Shown here in pieces: positions 21,515 to 32,855 of a stretch of 64,000 nucleotides of DNA. A program made the translations under genes and the position numbers. The notes under the pieces are model-generated. The model worked only from the letters and a program-made list of their open reading frames with translations. It had not been told where the DNA came from and did not search any database. Every line of letters begins with the position of its first letter. Position 1 is the first letter of the stretch. This stretch comes from Rebecca billardiae RCC1528 (Eukaryota > Protista > Haptophyta), in assembly GCA_965240325.2 (NCBI GenBank), contig OZ251233.1, forward strand, positions 2,108,001 to 2,172,000, given 5' to 3'.

Positions 21515-22497
21515 TGTCAGGGGCGCTCGCCAGCGGCACTGTCCTCGCGCGGCCCGTCGGGCGCGCGTGGCGGCAGGCGGCACCGCGTCGGCTCCGCGTG
21601 GCCGTCCCGTGAGCTCACGGCGTCGGCCGTGGCGGCGGGGCCGCTCGCTCGCCCGCCGCTGCCGCCCGCGGCGCGCAGCCGCGGGCCGCGGGCCGGCGCA
21701 ATGTGATTCCAACCGGCCGATTCTATTTCTGTCCGGACCGTGTACGGTGACCGTCACCTCAGGACCCGGCCGCCGCCGCAGGCGCAGCGGCCGGGCGCGG
21801 CCGGCGGCGGTCCAGGCGCGCGGACGCCGCGGGCCGCGCGCCGCGCGGCCGGCGGCGGCCCGCTGACACTGTGACACTGACAGTGACCGACTCTGCCCGG
21901 CCCGAGCCCGCGGTCCGGGTCCGAGCCGCGGCCCCCGCGGCCGCACGGTCCGCGCGGCACGCGCGGACCGGCGAGCGCCGCCGCGGTGTCAACATTTGCG
22001 CTGACAGAATTGATGGCGACTAGTACCGGCTAGAGTGCTGAATGCACAGGCACGCATCACCGGCCCCGATGCATTCCATGCCCCCGCGCGAGATGCGTTT
22101 TTCGAGCCACTTCATCGGCTGTGCTTGCAACCTTGGCGCGGCCGGGACTGGGCAGCCATGCTGATGATGCTCGGTGCGACTCGTTGGCGTCCTGGCGGGC
22201 AAAAGTCAAAAACGCCGCCGGACTTTTGCTGCACCAAGGAACTTGCTCGGGCGTTTTCCGCACCCGCGAGCGAACCCCTGTAGAGAACTACCCTGCTGGA
22301 GCCACTAGAAACGTGAAACGGGCGGCGGGGCAGCCAGCGTCCTCCCTTGTTCTGTGAGCGGTGTGATCTTGATTTCGGGCGAATCCGCGGCGCGCAAGGC
22401 CGCCGCGGCGTGCCTGGCAGGGCGGTCAGTATTTGCGTGGTGGCGGTGGAGGCTGCCACTGCTTGAGCGAGAGCCTCGCCGCGTCGACGGGCGAGCG

Positions 22498-23385
22498 ATG
22501 AAGCGCGCGGGGGCGCAGACCCCCGACGCGGACGTGCCGGTGTCCGCGCGCCGGCTCCAGTACTGCCGCAAGTTCTGCGGCGTGTGCGACGTGTGCCGCC
22601 ACGCGCTGCGCGAGGGCATGGCCGCCAAGCGCGCCACCTCGTCCGCGCCTTCCTCCACAAACGTCTCGCCGCCGCGCGCTGACGAGGCGGAGGGCGGCGC
22701 GGGCGCGGGCGCGGCGTCGGCGCGCACGGCGGACGAGCGCGACGTCGCCGAGATGCGCAACCTCTTCGCCGGCTTCTTCACCGCCGGCCCCACGGCCGCG
22801 TCGGCGGAGTCGCGCGGAGCCGACACGGGCCACGCGCGCAAGCGCAAGCAGGAGCCGAGCTCGCTCTCGGCCTCGGCCGCGCAGCAGCGCATCTTCGGCG
22901 AGCTCTTCGCGGAGCACCAGCGCACCGCGCGCCGCGCGCAGCCCGACGCGGAGGCCGACCGGCGCGTCAGCCTCGCGCTCGACCTCGGGATCCCAATCCC
23001 GCCCACGCCCGCGCCCGGCTCCGCGGCCGGACGGCCCGCGGGCGCGTTCGTCGGCTTCTCGGCGACGGGGCGCGCGCCGAAGCTGCACGTCGAGCCGCCC
23101 GAGAACGTCTCCTCCGCCAACTCCTCGCCGCAGCGCGGCTCGGGCTACAGCCGGCGCACGCCCACGGCGGGCGGCTCGGCGGGCGGCGGCGCGAGCAGCG
23201 GCGCGCGCGCCGGCGGTGCCCTTGAGGTTGCCGAGCTGCTCTCCGAGTGCGCGCAGCTGCGGCGGAGGCTCGAGTCGGAGCGCGAGGCGCACACGGCCGC
23301 CGCGCGCCGCGCGCAGCAGGCCGAGGAGGCGCTCGAGGAGGAGCTGCGCCGCGCGGCCGCGCGCGAGCGCGAGCTGAGCGGTGCG

Positions 23386-23420
<35 letters not shown>

Positions 23421-24711
23421 GATGAGCCTCGGCGGAGGCGGCGGCGGCGCGCGGCACGGCGGGCACGCCGACCTGCAGCGCCGGCTGGCGAGCGAGGCGA
23501 TGGCCGTGGTGCCGTTCGGAGGCCGCTTCCGCACGCAGGTCACGCTCGCCCCGCAGCCCAAGGGCGTGCCGCGCGGCGCGAGCCGCGCGGCGCTGCGCGC
23601 CTCCGATCGGCCCGCCTCGCCGGCGGCAGGCCGGCGCTCGCGCTCGCCGGCCGGCGGGATCCGGGCGCGCGTGCGCGGGCGGCGCGCGTCGGGCCACGGC
23701 GGCGCGGCCACTGAGCCGAGCACCCCCGACGACGTGCTCGCGCACTCGCTCGCCGGGCTGCAGCTCACGCCCGGTCTCGCGCCCGCGCGCGGCGCGGGCG
23801 CGGGCGTCAGCGCGCAGCGCTCTCCGCTGTCGGACGGCGCCGCCGAGCCGGCGGCGAAGGCGGCGGATCGCTCGACGGCGTCGAGCCCGGAGACGGTCGT
23901 GTCGAGCGCCTCGACCGCTCGCCCGTCCTTTGCCGCCGCCGCCGCCGCGTGCGCCACGCACATGGGCTGTGGGCACGGCAGCTCGCTGGGCGCGGGCGGC
24001 GGCGTTGGCTGCGGCGCGGGCGGCGGCGCGGCCGGTGCGGCCGGCGCGGCCGCGGCGCTCGGCGGTGACTGCTCCGTGCCCGGCTCGGCAGGTCCGAGCT
24101 CGCGGACGGCGTCGCACCGGGGCTCGCCGGAGAGCATCGGCGGTGCCGGCGTGGACGGCGTCGAGCGCCGCGCCGAGGCCTTCGCAGGCGACGGCGCCTC
24201 GGCGGCCGGCGGCGGCGGCAGCGGTGGGCGCGGCGCCGGCGCCGGCGGCATCGATGGAAGCGGCGGGCGCGGCGGCAGTGGCGGATGCGGCGTCGGCGGC
24301 GTGGGCGCGGATGGCCTCGGTTTGGGCGGCCTCAGCCTGAACGGCGGAAGCGGCGTCGGCGGTGGCGTGGATGGCAGTGGTGCCCCTGCCGGGGGCAGGG
24401 GGCGTGCCGGCGGGCTCGGCGGTGGTGGTGGCGACAGTGGCAAGCGCCCTACCGGCGGCGCAAGCAGCGCGGGCGCGCTCGGCGGCGGCGGTGGCGGTGG
24501 CGGTGGCGGCGCGGGCCTTGGCGGAGGCACGGCTGGCGGTGGCGCCGGCGGGGGCGAGAGCGCTGCCGCACGCGCAACAGATGGCTCCGTCGCTCCGGGC
24601 TCGGCTGCGCGCCCGGCCGGGCTGAGCGCAGCGGGGGCCATGCTCGCCTCCGTCGGCGCCGCCGCCGCAGCTGCCGCCGCCGCCGCTGCCCCGCCAGCTC
24701 GCCCGCCCAGT

Positions 24712-24761
<50 letters not shown>

Positions 24762-26667
24762 GCAGCTGCTGCATCAGGCGAGCGCGCCGGCCAACATGAA
24801 GGCCCCGCCGCCGCCGCCGCCGCCGCCGCCGCCCCCGCCGCCGCCGCCGCCGCCGCCGCCGCCCGGCGGCAAGGGGGGCCCGCCGCCGCCGCCCCCTCCG
24901 CCGCCGCCGCCCGGCGGCAAGGCGGGCCCTCGCGCGCCGGGCGCGCCCCCGCTGCCCAAGCCGAGCGTGCCGCAGCCGCCGCGCTATCGGCAGCTGCACT
25001 GGGCGAAGCTGCCGCAGCGCGAGCTGGACGGATCCGTGTGGACGCGGCGCCCGTGCACACACATCTCGGCTACTGACCCGGCACTCCTCTTCTCGCGCGC
25101 CGACTTCTTCTTCAAGGCCTCCGCGGCGAAGCGGCTGCCCGGAACGCTCGGCGGGCTGCTGCAGCGCAAGCGCGCGACGCTCGACGCGAACCGCTCCAAC
25201 ATGATCGGGATCGCGCTCAAGAAGCTGCGGCTGTCGCCCGCACAGATCAAGCACGCGCTCCTAACGATGGACCGTGCTGTGCTCAGCGCGGACGCCGTCG
25301 CCGCGCTGCTCAACTGCGTGCCGCGCGCTCACGAGGAGCCGGCGATCGCGGCGGCGGCCGAGGTGGCGGCGGCGAGCGGCGCGCACACGCTCTCGGAGGC
25401 CGAGCGCTACTTTGTCGAGGTGAGCTCGGTGCCGAGGCTGGCGGCGCGGCTGCGCGCGGCGGGCGCGCGCGCGACGCTGCTCGCCGACGCCCGCGTGCTC
25501 ACGGGCTATCTGCGCCAGCTCCTCGCCGCCGCGCGCTCGCTGCTCACGTCGAGACCGCTCGCGGAGCTCCTGCACGTGCTGCTGCGGCTGGGGAACCACT
25601 TGAACGGCGGCACGACCAACGGGGGCGCGGCGGGGTACCGCGTGCTGCCGACGCTGGCCAAGGTGCGCGCGCCGAGGCGGCAGCGGCGATGCACTCTGGC
25701 TCTCCCGCGCGCGCGCGGCGCGCTCCGACGCGTCAGCACGGCCCGACCGCGTGCCTCACCCCTTCCACCCGCCCACGCCGCCCCCCGCGCCGCGCCGCCC
25801 GTCCGCGCTCCGCGCCCGCCTTTGCCGCGCGCCGCCGCGCCCGTCCGTCGGCAGGCGACGGACCTGAAGGCGCACAACACGACCGAGCGCTCGACGCTGG
25901 TGGACTTCCTGGCCGAGGTGATCGACAACCACCTGCCTCACCTGCTGGGCGCGGCGGAGGAGCTCAGGCCCGTTGTTGATGTGGAGCGCATCGACTACGA
26001 CTGGGTGCGCTCGGAGGTGGAGCGGCTGCAGACGTCCGTGGACGCGGTGCGCGCCGAGCTCACGTACGCCAAGCTGCGCGCCGAGTCGGGCGGCGGCGCG
26101 CCGCACCTCCACCTCGAGATAGGCGCGGACGGCCGCGTGCGCGTCAAGGCGTACACCGACCGCTTCGAGGCGGAGATGGCGCCGTTCGTCGAGGAGGCCG
26201 GCGCGGCGGTCGAGCAGGCGCGCGCCGCGCACGCGCACTTTGTCTCCACCTTCCCCGAGCTCGTCGTGTACTTTGGCGAGTCGCCCGAGTCGTGCACGCC
26301 GCCCGAGCTGTTCGGCGGCATGTGCCGCTTTGTGCGCGAGTTTGACGCGGCGGTCACGCGGATGGGCGCACGCAAGGAGAAGACGGGCACGGGCGAGCTG
26401 CCCATCGTCAAGCCCGCGCCCGCCGCCGCCGCCGAGAGCGCCGCGCCCGGCCGGCTCATCCGACGGCCCAGCCTGCCGGGCACCAGCCTCTCGCTGGGCG
26501 CGGGGGTGGCGGTGGCGGCCGTGCGCGCGGGCGCGGACGCGGCCGGCGGCGCGGAAGCTGACACGAGCCCGACTAAGAAGGCGCGGCGGGTGCTCGTGCG
26601 CTCGGGCTCGATCTCGGGGCTCGAGGCGCGCGCGACGACCGGCCCGGCGGCGACGCTGCGCGAGTGA
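22498..26667 (+). CDS. Formin (FH1 + FH2)
   Basis: Polyproline FH1 at about 24700-24980. FH2 motifs RQLHWAKLP..GSVW, LDANRSNMIGIALKKL, LSEAERYFVEVSSVPRL, VLLRLGNHLNGGT..GGAAGY, STLVDFL and YFGE. In-frame intron 25663-25854. Confidence 0.92.
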
Positions 26668-27668
26668 GGCCGACCGCTGGCGCCGGTCCCCGCCGCCAGG
26701 CTGGGCCGGGAGGAGGGCGGCGGCGGCCCCGTGGCCGTGCCCGCGCGGGATCGGTCGAGGTCGGATGTGGCCGCGCAGGCGCGGACGGCTGCCCGCCGTG
26801 ATCCGTGCGCCACGCGACCGCGCTGCCACGCGCCGCTGCCCGAGTTCGGTGGCGGCCGGCGGGCCGCTCACGGCCTGAACAGGTCGGACTCGACGGCACT
26901 AGGTGCCCGGTCCGTTGCCCGTGACGGCTCGGACGTCGCTGACGGACCGCCTGCCAGCGGCTTAGACGCGGCGGCGGCGCGGCGCGGTCTGTCCGACTCC
27001 GAGCCTGCGCCCGCACGTTGACGTTTCGGTGCGAATCGTGAGTTGCGCGTCCTCGTGCATCATGACGCAATGTCCAGTGACCAGTGCTGTACAGTGTGCG
27101 ACGGACGTCAGGACACACTAGCCCTCCCGCCGTCCGGGCGTACCGACGCGACGCCTGCGGGCCAGTCCGCTTTCTTGCTCTTACACTAACACTTACCCGC
27201 TATGTTGAATATATGAATACTGTACACATGGGTGATGGGAGACTATCATAGGAGAAGGTGATATCTGATTAATACCCCATATGGGGAATCCCGCATGTGG
27301 GTAAAGTCGTTCCAGCTGTGCTCTCGAAGATGTCCGTGAAAGAGGCTCTCGAGTTTATTCCACTTCCAGACGTCGCGTTCAATCTCGATTTTGAATTGTC
27401 GTTGGCCTTCGAGTGCGCACCCTGTGACGTCACGACTGTTCATCCCCCGAAGTCCGAACTGCCGCGAGCTTTGCATTGTATGTCGAACGGATCCCGGATG
27501 ACTATTCGAAATTGAACGGGTACCCGCGCCGTGCCGGTCCACTGCCCCGGCTCCGCGCGCACGCCGGGCCCGCCGCCCGAAGCGGGACGCGGAGCGGGAG
27601 AATCCAACCAAACCGCACTGCCGTTCATCACCTCCGTGACGGTCCAGACAGCAATCCGAGCGCGCCCG

Positions 27669-28775
27669 ATGCCGCCGCTCCATCCCGCCAACGAGAACGC
27701 CGTGCTGCGCCCGATCGGGCCGCCGCACGAGCATGCGCCGACCACCTCGAGCGCCCCCCCGCCCAAGCCGCGCACCTCCCTCGCCGACCTCGACGCGGAC
27801 ACGCCGTCCGCTCTGCTGGTCGTGGACGTGCAGCGCGACTGGTACTCGCAGAGCGTCGTCTCGTCCGAGTTCCCCGAGCTCGCGCACACGCTGCCGCGGC
27901 TGATCGGGCACTGCCGCCAGGCCCAGATGCCCGTCGTGCACGTGCGCGCCAAGTACGACACGGACGCCGCGCGGCACATGGCCTTCTTCAAGCGGCTCAA
28001 CCCGGAGAAGCCGGCCGAGCACGTCTCGCCCAACCCCGAGCCGTTCGCCGCGGAGGAGCCGGGCGAGCTGGTCGTGTACAAGCCGACGTTCGACGGGTTC
28101 CACGAGACCGAGCTCGCCGACGCGCTCCACCGAATGGGCGTGAAGCGCGTCTACGTCTGCGGCCTGGTCACGTCCGCATGCGTGCTGAACACGTGCTTTG
28201 GCGCGTTCCGGCACGGGTTCGAGGTGGTGCTCGTGCCCGAGTGCTGCGGCGACCGCGTGCGCGCGCAGCACGACGCGGTGGTGAGCATATACGACGGGTA
28301 CACGTTCGTCGGCGCGACGCTCGTCGAGGTGCTCAGCCTCGCCAAGGCGCAGCCCGCGCCGCGCGCTCCCATCAGCCGCACGCGCTCGGCGAGCAGTCTG
28401 CGCACGACCTCGGCCGCCGCGTCGCGCGCGCACGTGCTCGACCTGAACGCGTCCGGCTGCGCCGAGCCGGCGCGCTCCGTGTCGCCCGAGCCGCGCAAGA
28501 GCCGCCCCCCGTCTCGCCAGGCGCGCCCACGGCCCGCCTGCCCGTGCTGCGCCACGCCGGACGCGGGCGTCGCGACGGCCTCGTCGAGGGCGCGCAAGCG
28601 GCGGCGGCGCGCCAGCCGCAGCGAGAGCGATGCGTCACAGTCACCGCCCAGCGCCGATTCGGTCTCCGAGGAAGGGCCAGCTGCTGTGCAGATCGGGCGC
28701 TGTGCCGCGCGGACAGCTGCTGCGATGGTCGACCTGTACGCGCCCGGGTTCCGAATCACCCCGCCGTGCTGCTGA
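27669..28775 (+). CDS. Isochorismatase-family cysteine hydrolase
   Basis: Catalytic triad motifs ALLVVDVQ (D), VYKPTFDGF (K) and GLVTSACVLNT (C). The C-terminal tail is low-complexity and its 3' exon structure is uncertain. Confidence 0.88.
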   Translation: MPPLHPANENAVLRPIGPPHEHAPTTSSAPPPKPRTSLADLDADTPSALLVVDVQRDWYSQSVVSSEFPELAHTLPRLIGHCRQAQMPVVHVRAKYDTDAARHMAFFKRLNPEKPAEHVSPNPEPFAAEEPGELVVYKPTFDGFHETELADALHRMGVKRVYVCGLVTSACVLNTCFGAFRHGFEVVLVPECCGDRVRAQHDAVVSIYDGYTFVGATLVEVLSLAKAQPAPRAPISRTRSASSLRTTSAAASRAHVLDLNASGCAEPARSVSPEPRKSRPPSRQARPRPACPCCATPDAGVATASSRARKRRRRASRSESDASQSPPSADSVSEEGPAAVQIGRCAARTAAAMVDLYAPGFRITPPCC

Positions 28776-29390
28776 CCACTCAGGCAGTCTCAGGCTGACC
28801 GCCCGGCTGCGTCGCCGCTCTGGCGTCCTCATCAGCACGCGTCTGATGACGCGTCCGATGAGACCGACGCCACGCCTGACGCTGCTACCGTGCTAGTCGG
28901 AATGAAAATTATTATAATTATTAATATATATACCAGTAGCTAGTCCCGCGGTACCGCGGGCCGTACTGCCTACTGGGTACAGTCCGGTACTCGTCTTTCG
29001 TCCAAGTTGAAAGTTTCAGCTTGTTTAGTTGTTATCGGCACGGCATGTGACAGCTCAGCGGCATCGTCATCATATGTCGTCATCGTCATCATCATGATGC
29101 ATCATCGTCAGAGAATATCGCACTACGTCGCGCGCTATCATGCTGGCGGAGTCATCGTCCTCGGAGTTGCCGTTGGTGCCACGCCCATGGCGGAGTCTGT
29201 CTGTGTCGATCATCACTGCGCTTGTTACGCGTGACGACGACTCGACTCACGACGACGTCGTGCGCTGAAGGATGATGAGAGGCGAGCTCAGATGAAAAGA
29301 CCTGCTGCGGGCGTAGCTGTAGCGCAGCGCCAGCTGCTGTGCCGCCCGCCTTGGCATCCCTCGGCACCACTGCCCGCAGCCGGCCGCCCC

Positions 29391-31748
29391 TCAGCTGAGC
29401 TGCGAGGAGTCGCCCGACTTGCCGACAGGCGGCGCGCGCGTGTGGATGGCGCGCACCCGCTCGTGCAGCCACACGAGGGAGCGCAGCCGGCTGGCGGAGG
29501 ACTGGCCGCGGAGCCACTCGTGGCGCAGCTCGAGGGGCAGCTTCCACCCCTGCCAGTGCTTGCACAGCACGAAGCTCGCCGCCTCGGGCGAGTCCTCCAG
29601 CGCCTGCGCCGCGCTCGCGCACGCGCGCAGGGCCTTGGCCATCTCCGCCTCGCCCGAGTCCGCCGCGGCGTCGGCCGCGGCGCGCGCCGCGCGCAGCGCC
29701 TCGGCGAGCGCGGCGCACGCGTCCGGGTCGGCGCTCGCGCGGCCGCGCGCGACCTCGCCGTCGCGGTCGTGGAACGTGTGCACCGCGCCCATCGTCAGCC
29801 CGAAGCCGAGCGGCACCGTCCACGTGCGCTCCACGGCGAAGCGCTCGCGCGCGCGCACCACGATCTCACACGCGCCCGTGTCCGTGCGATCGGCGAGCGC
29901 CTCAATGTCGACGACGACGCCGACGCCGCGCGCGGCGCGGATGCCGAGGGGCGAGCCCGCGCGGTGGCACCGGTCGACCATCAGCCTGTACCGCGGCTCG
30001 AAGATCCGGTAGTGCCCCACGCCGCCCGGCCAGAGCACGCTCTCCTTCGAGAAGAGATCGAACATGGGTAACGTGAGTGCGCGCCCGTTCACGACGGCGA
30101 CCGCGCGCTGCGCCTCGTCCGACTCACGGACCGGCCCGCGCTCGGTCGTGGGCGGGACGGTGGGCAGCGCGAGCGCGCGCGCGAGCGGCTCAATGTGGTC
30201 GCACCCCGGCGAGCGCCAGTCCTCGTCGCTCACGTACACGACCGACGGCGGCCCGCCCTGCGCGCGGCGGCCGCGCGCGACGCCGGCGCGCGCGCGCCGC
30301 GTCGAGCGGCGCCGCAGCAGCGCGACCACAGCTGAGTCTGCGTGCACGTGCGTGCGCGCGCTCGACTGGACGGGCGCGATGGGCGCGATGGCGTGCAGCC
30401 CGGCGGCGGGCGCGACCGCCCGGCCGTCCTCCGCGCCCAGCCGCATCGCCAGCCGCACGCAGCCGATGTCGTGCCCGTGCTCCCCCGCCATCGGCACGCG
30501 CGTGGCGGACGCGCCGCGCGCGCCCGAGCTCAGCAGCAGCGCGCAGTGCGCGTCCTCGAGCGGGCCGACCGCCTTGGCGAGTGCGAGCGAGAGGTCAAAG
30601 TTGACCGAGCTCGGGTTGCGCACGCACGCCGCGGCGCGCGCGTCGTGCAGCGCCATCGACGTCGAGCTCCGCTCGAGCGCCAGCCCGGTGCTCGCCGCCG
30701 ACCCACCCGCGCCGCCGCCGGGCGCGGCGCGTGGCGTGACCAACCTCACTGCCGTCCAGGGCGCGGCGCGGCCGTCCGCGGACGAGGGCAGCTGCATGCC
30801 GAGGCGGAGCTCGCCCTGCTCGAGGCGGGTGCCCGCCTCGTGCAGCTGCTGGAACGTCTCGTCGTCCAGCGGGCCGCCCTCCAGCTGCATCGGCACCGAG
30901 CCCACCTCGGCCGGCGAGCGCGTCGTCGGCGCGGCCACGGCCGCCGTCGCCGAGCCAGCCGCGCCGGCTGCAGCCGCCGGGCCGGCCGCTGCGGCTGGGT
31001 GGGCAAACTGGGCGCGCTGCGGCTTGGCGATCGGGCGCAGCCCGCTCGAGGTGACGCAGTCGATGGCGATGTCGCCGCTCAGCGCGACGCCCACCGCGCC
31101 CGCCGAGAGCACCCGCCCCATCGCGAACACCGCCGGCTCTTCCATCGGGTCGGCGCAGTCGGCGACTGCGCCCAGCTTGGGCGTGCGCTCAAAGACAGAG
31201 TCGAGGATGCGGAGCAGCGCGGGGCTGTCGAACTCGGGCGTGGTGAAGAGCAGGAAGGTGGGCGCGCCGTCGGGCTGGAGTAGCTCGGCCATGTCGGGGA
31301 GCGCCGGGAGCTCCGCGCGCTCGACGGCGAAGACGCGCGCGCTCACGCGCGGCAGCCACGCCGCGACCATCGACAGTGCCTGCTCGCCGCCCAGTGTCTC
31401 GCGCGCGGGGGCGTCGGCCTCGGCGGGCGCTTGGGCGAGCGAGTAGGCCGAGCAGCCGATCGTCACGTCGCGGAGGGCCGGGTCGTGCGCCTCGAGCCGC
31501 GCGAGCACATCCGTCGGCGCGTGGCCGCACGTCCACACCAGAAGCAGGTCGGCGCGCGCGGGCGCGACCGCCGCCAGGCACTCGCCGACGGCCTCGGCGG
31601 TCGAGTCGGCGGTGGAGAGCGCCGTGGCGAAGCGCAGGTCGCCACGCGCCTGCGACGCCAGCGTGGCGGCTTGCGCGCGCAGCAGCCGCCATGGAGGCCC
31701 GACGGCGGCCGGCCACGCCAGCCGTCGGGCGAGAGCACGCGCCATCAT
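29391..31748 (-). CDS. FIST_N-FIST_C + LON substrate-binding domain fusion with probable mitochondrial presequence
   Basis: FIST-like RFATALST..., IGCSA, ALSMVAAWLP, GAVGVALSGDIAID.VTSSGLRPI and APIAPV...HVHADSAVVALL. LON N-domain LPMF....VLWPG...YRIFEPRYRLMVDRC. Arg-rich N-terminus with no acidic residues. Confidence 0.78.
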   Translation of the reverse strand: MMARALARRLAWPAAVGPPWRLLRAQAATLASQARGDLRFATALSTADSTAEAVGECLAAVAPARADLLLVWTCGHAPTDVLARLEAHDPALRDVTIGCSAYSLAQAPAEADAPARETLGGEQALSMVAAWLPRVSARVFAVERAELPALPDMAELLQPDGAPTFLLFTTPEFDSPALLRILDSVFERTPKLGAVADCADPMEEPAVFAMGRVLSAGAVGVALSGDIAIDCVTSSGLRPIAKPQRAQFAHPAAAAGPAAAAGAAGSATAAVAAPTTRSPAEVGSVPMQLEGGPLDDETFQQLHEAGTRLEQGELRLGMQLPSSADGRAAPWTAVRLVTPRAAPGGGAGGSAASTGLALERSSTSMALHDARAAACVRNPSSVNFDLSLALAKAVGPLEDAHCALLLSSGARGASATRVPMAGEHGHDIGCVRLAMRLGAEDGRAVAPAAGLHAIAPIAPVQSSARTHVHADSAVVALLRRRSTRRARAGVARGRRAQGGPPSVVYVSDEDWRSPGCDHIEPLARALALPTVPPTTERGPVRESDEAQRAVAVVNGRALTLPMFDLFSKESVLWPGGVGHYRIFEPRYRLMVDRCHRAGSPLGIRAARGVGVVVDIEALADRTDTGACEIVVRARERFAVERTWTVPLGFGLTMGAVHTFHDRDGEVARGRASADPDACAALAEALRAARAAADAAADSGEAEMAKALRACASAAQALEDSPEAASFVLCKHWQGWKLPLELRHEWLRGQSSASRLRSLVWLHERVRAIHTRAPPVGKSGDSSQLS

Positions 31749-31794
31749 CAAGCCCGTGCGCGGCCGGGCCGGCGATGACGACGACGCACTCGGG

Positions 31795-32813
31795 ATGGCG
31801 AGTGCGGCCGCCGGCTCCACAACGGCGGGCGACGAATTTCGGTCGGCAGTCGCCAGTCGGAGACTCGGAACGATGGTGATCGCCGCGGCGAGCTCCGCGG
31901 AGCTCGTCGTGCTCTTCGAGGCCGCGGACGCGGTGGCGGCGCTGCACGGCCGGCTCGCGTGGGCGCTCGAGTCGCTGCGCGCGCCGTGGACCATCGTGCC
32001 GCAGCCGTCCAGCCCCGAGACGCTCGGCGGCGCGGCGCAGGGCGACATGGTCGTGGTACGGCTGCTCGGCGCAGAGGGCGCGCGCAGCGTGCGCGCCTGC
32101 CGCCGGCGGGCGGCGTCGCTCATCCGGAAGCGGCTGCCCGAGGTGCTCGCCGTCGCGCCGCAGCGCACGTACACGCACGCGCTCGGCCCTCGCCCCTCGC
32201 GAGAGCCGCTCGGCGGCGCGAGCGCGTGGCAGCCGCCGCAGCCGCCGGCCGGGCCGATGGAGCAGGTGACGGAGACGGTGCGCGCGCGCGAGCTGTGGTC
32301 GGCGGGCGCGCGCGGCGCGGGGGTGCACGTCGCGGTGTTCGACACCGGCCTCAACCCCGGCCAGCCGTGCATCAACCACGTCGAGGCGCGCACCGACTTC
32401 ACCGCGGACGGCACGCACGACGACCGCGTCGGCCACGGCACCTTCATGGCCGGCGTGATCGGCGGCACGTGCGAGTGCCTCGGCTTCGCGCCGGAGGTGC
32501 GGCTGCACGTGTACCGCGTGTTCAACTCGGCCGCCGAGTCGCAGACCTCCTGGCTCATCGGCGCGCTCTCGCACGCCATCCAGTCCGGCGTGCAGATCAT
32601 CAACCTCTCGATGGGGGGGCCGGACTTTAACGACGCGCCGTTCGTCTCAAAGGTCGACGAGGCGGTGGGCGCCGGGATCGTGATCACGTCGGGGATCGGC
32701 AACTCGGGGCCGGCGTGGGGCACCACGCTCAACCCGGCGGACCAGCCCTCCGTCATCGGCGTCGGCTCCGTCACGCGCGCGTCGCCGGCCGCGCCAACCG
32801 TGCCCGGCGGCGT

Positions 32814-32855
<42 letters not shown>

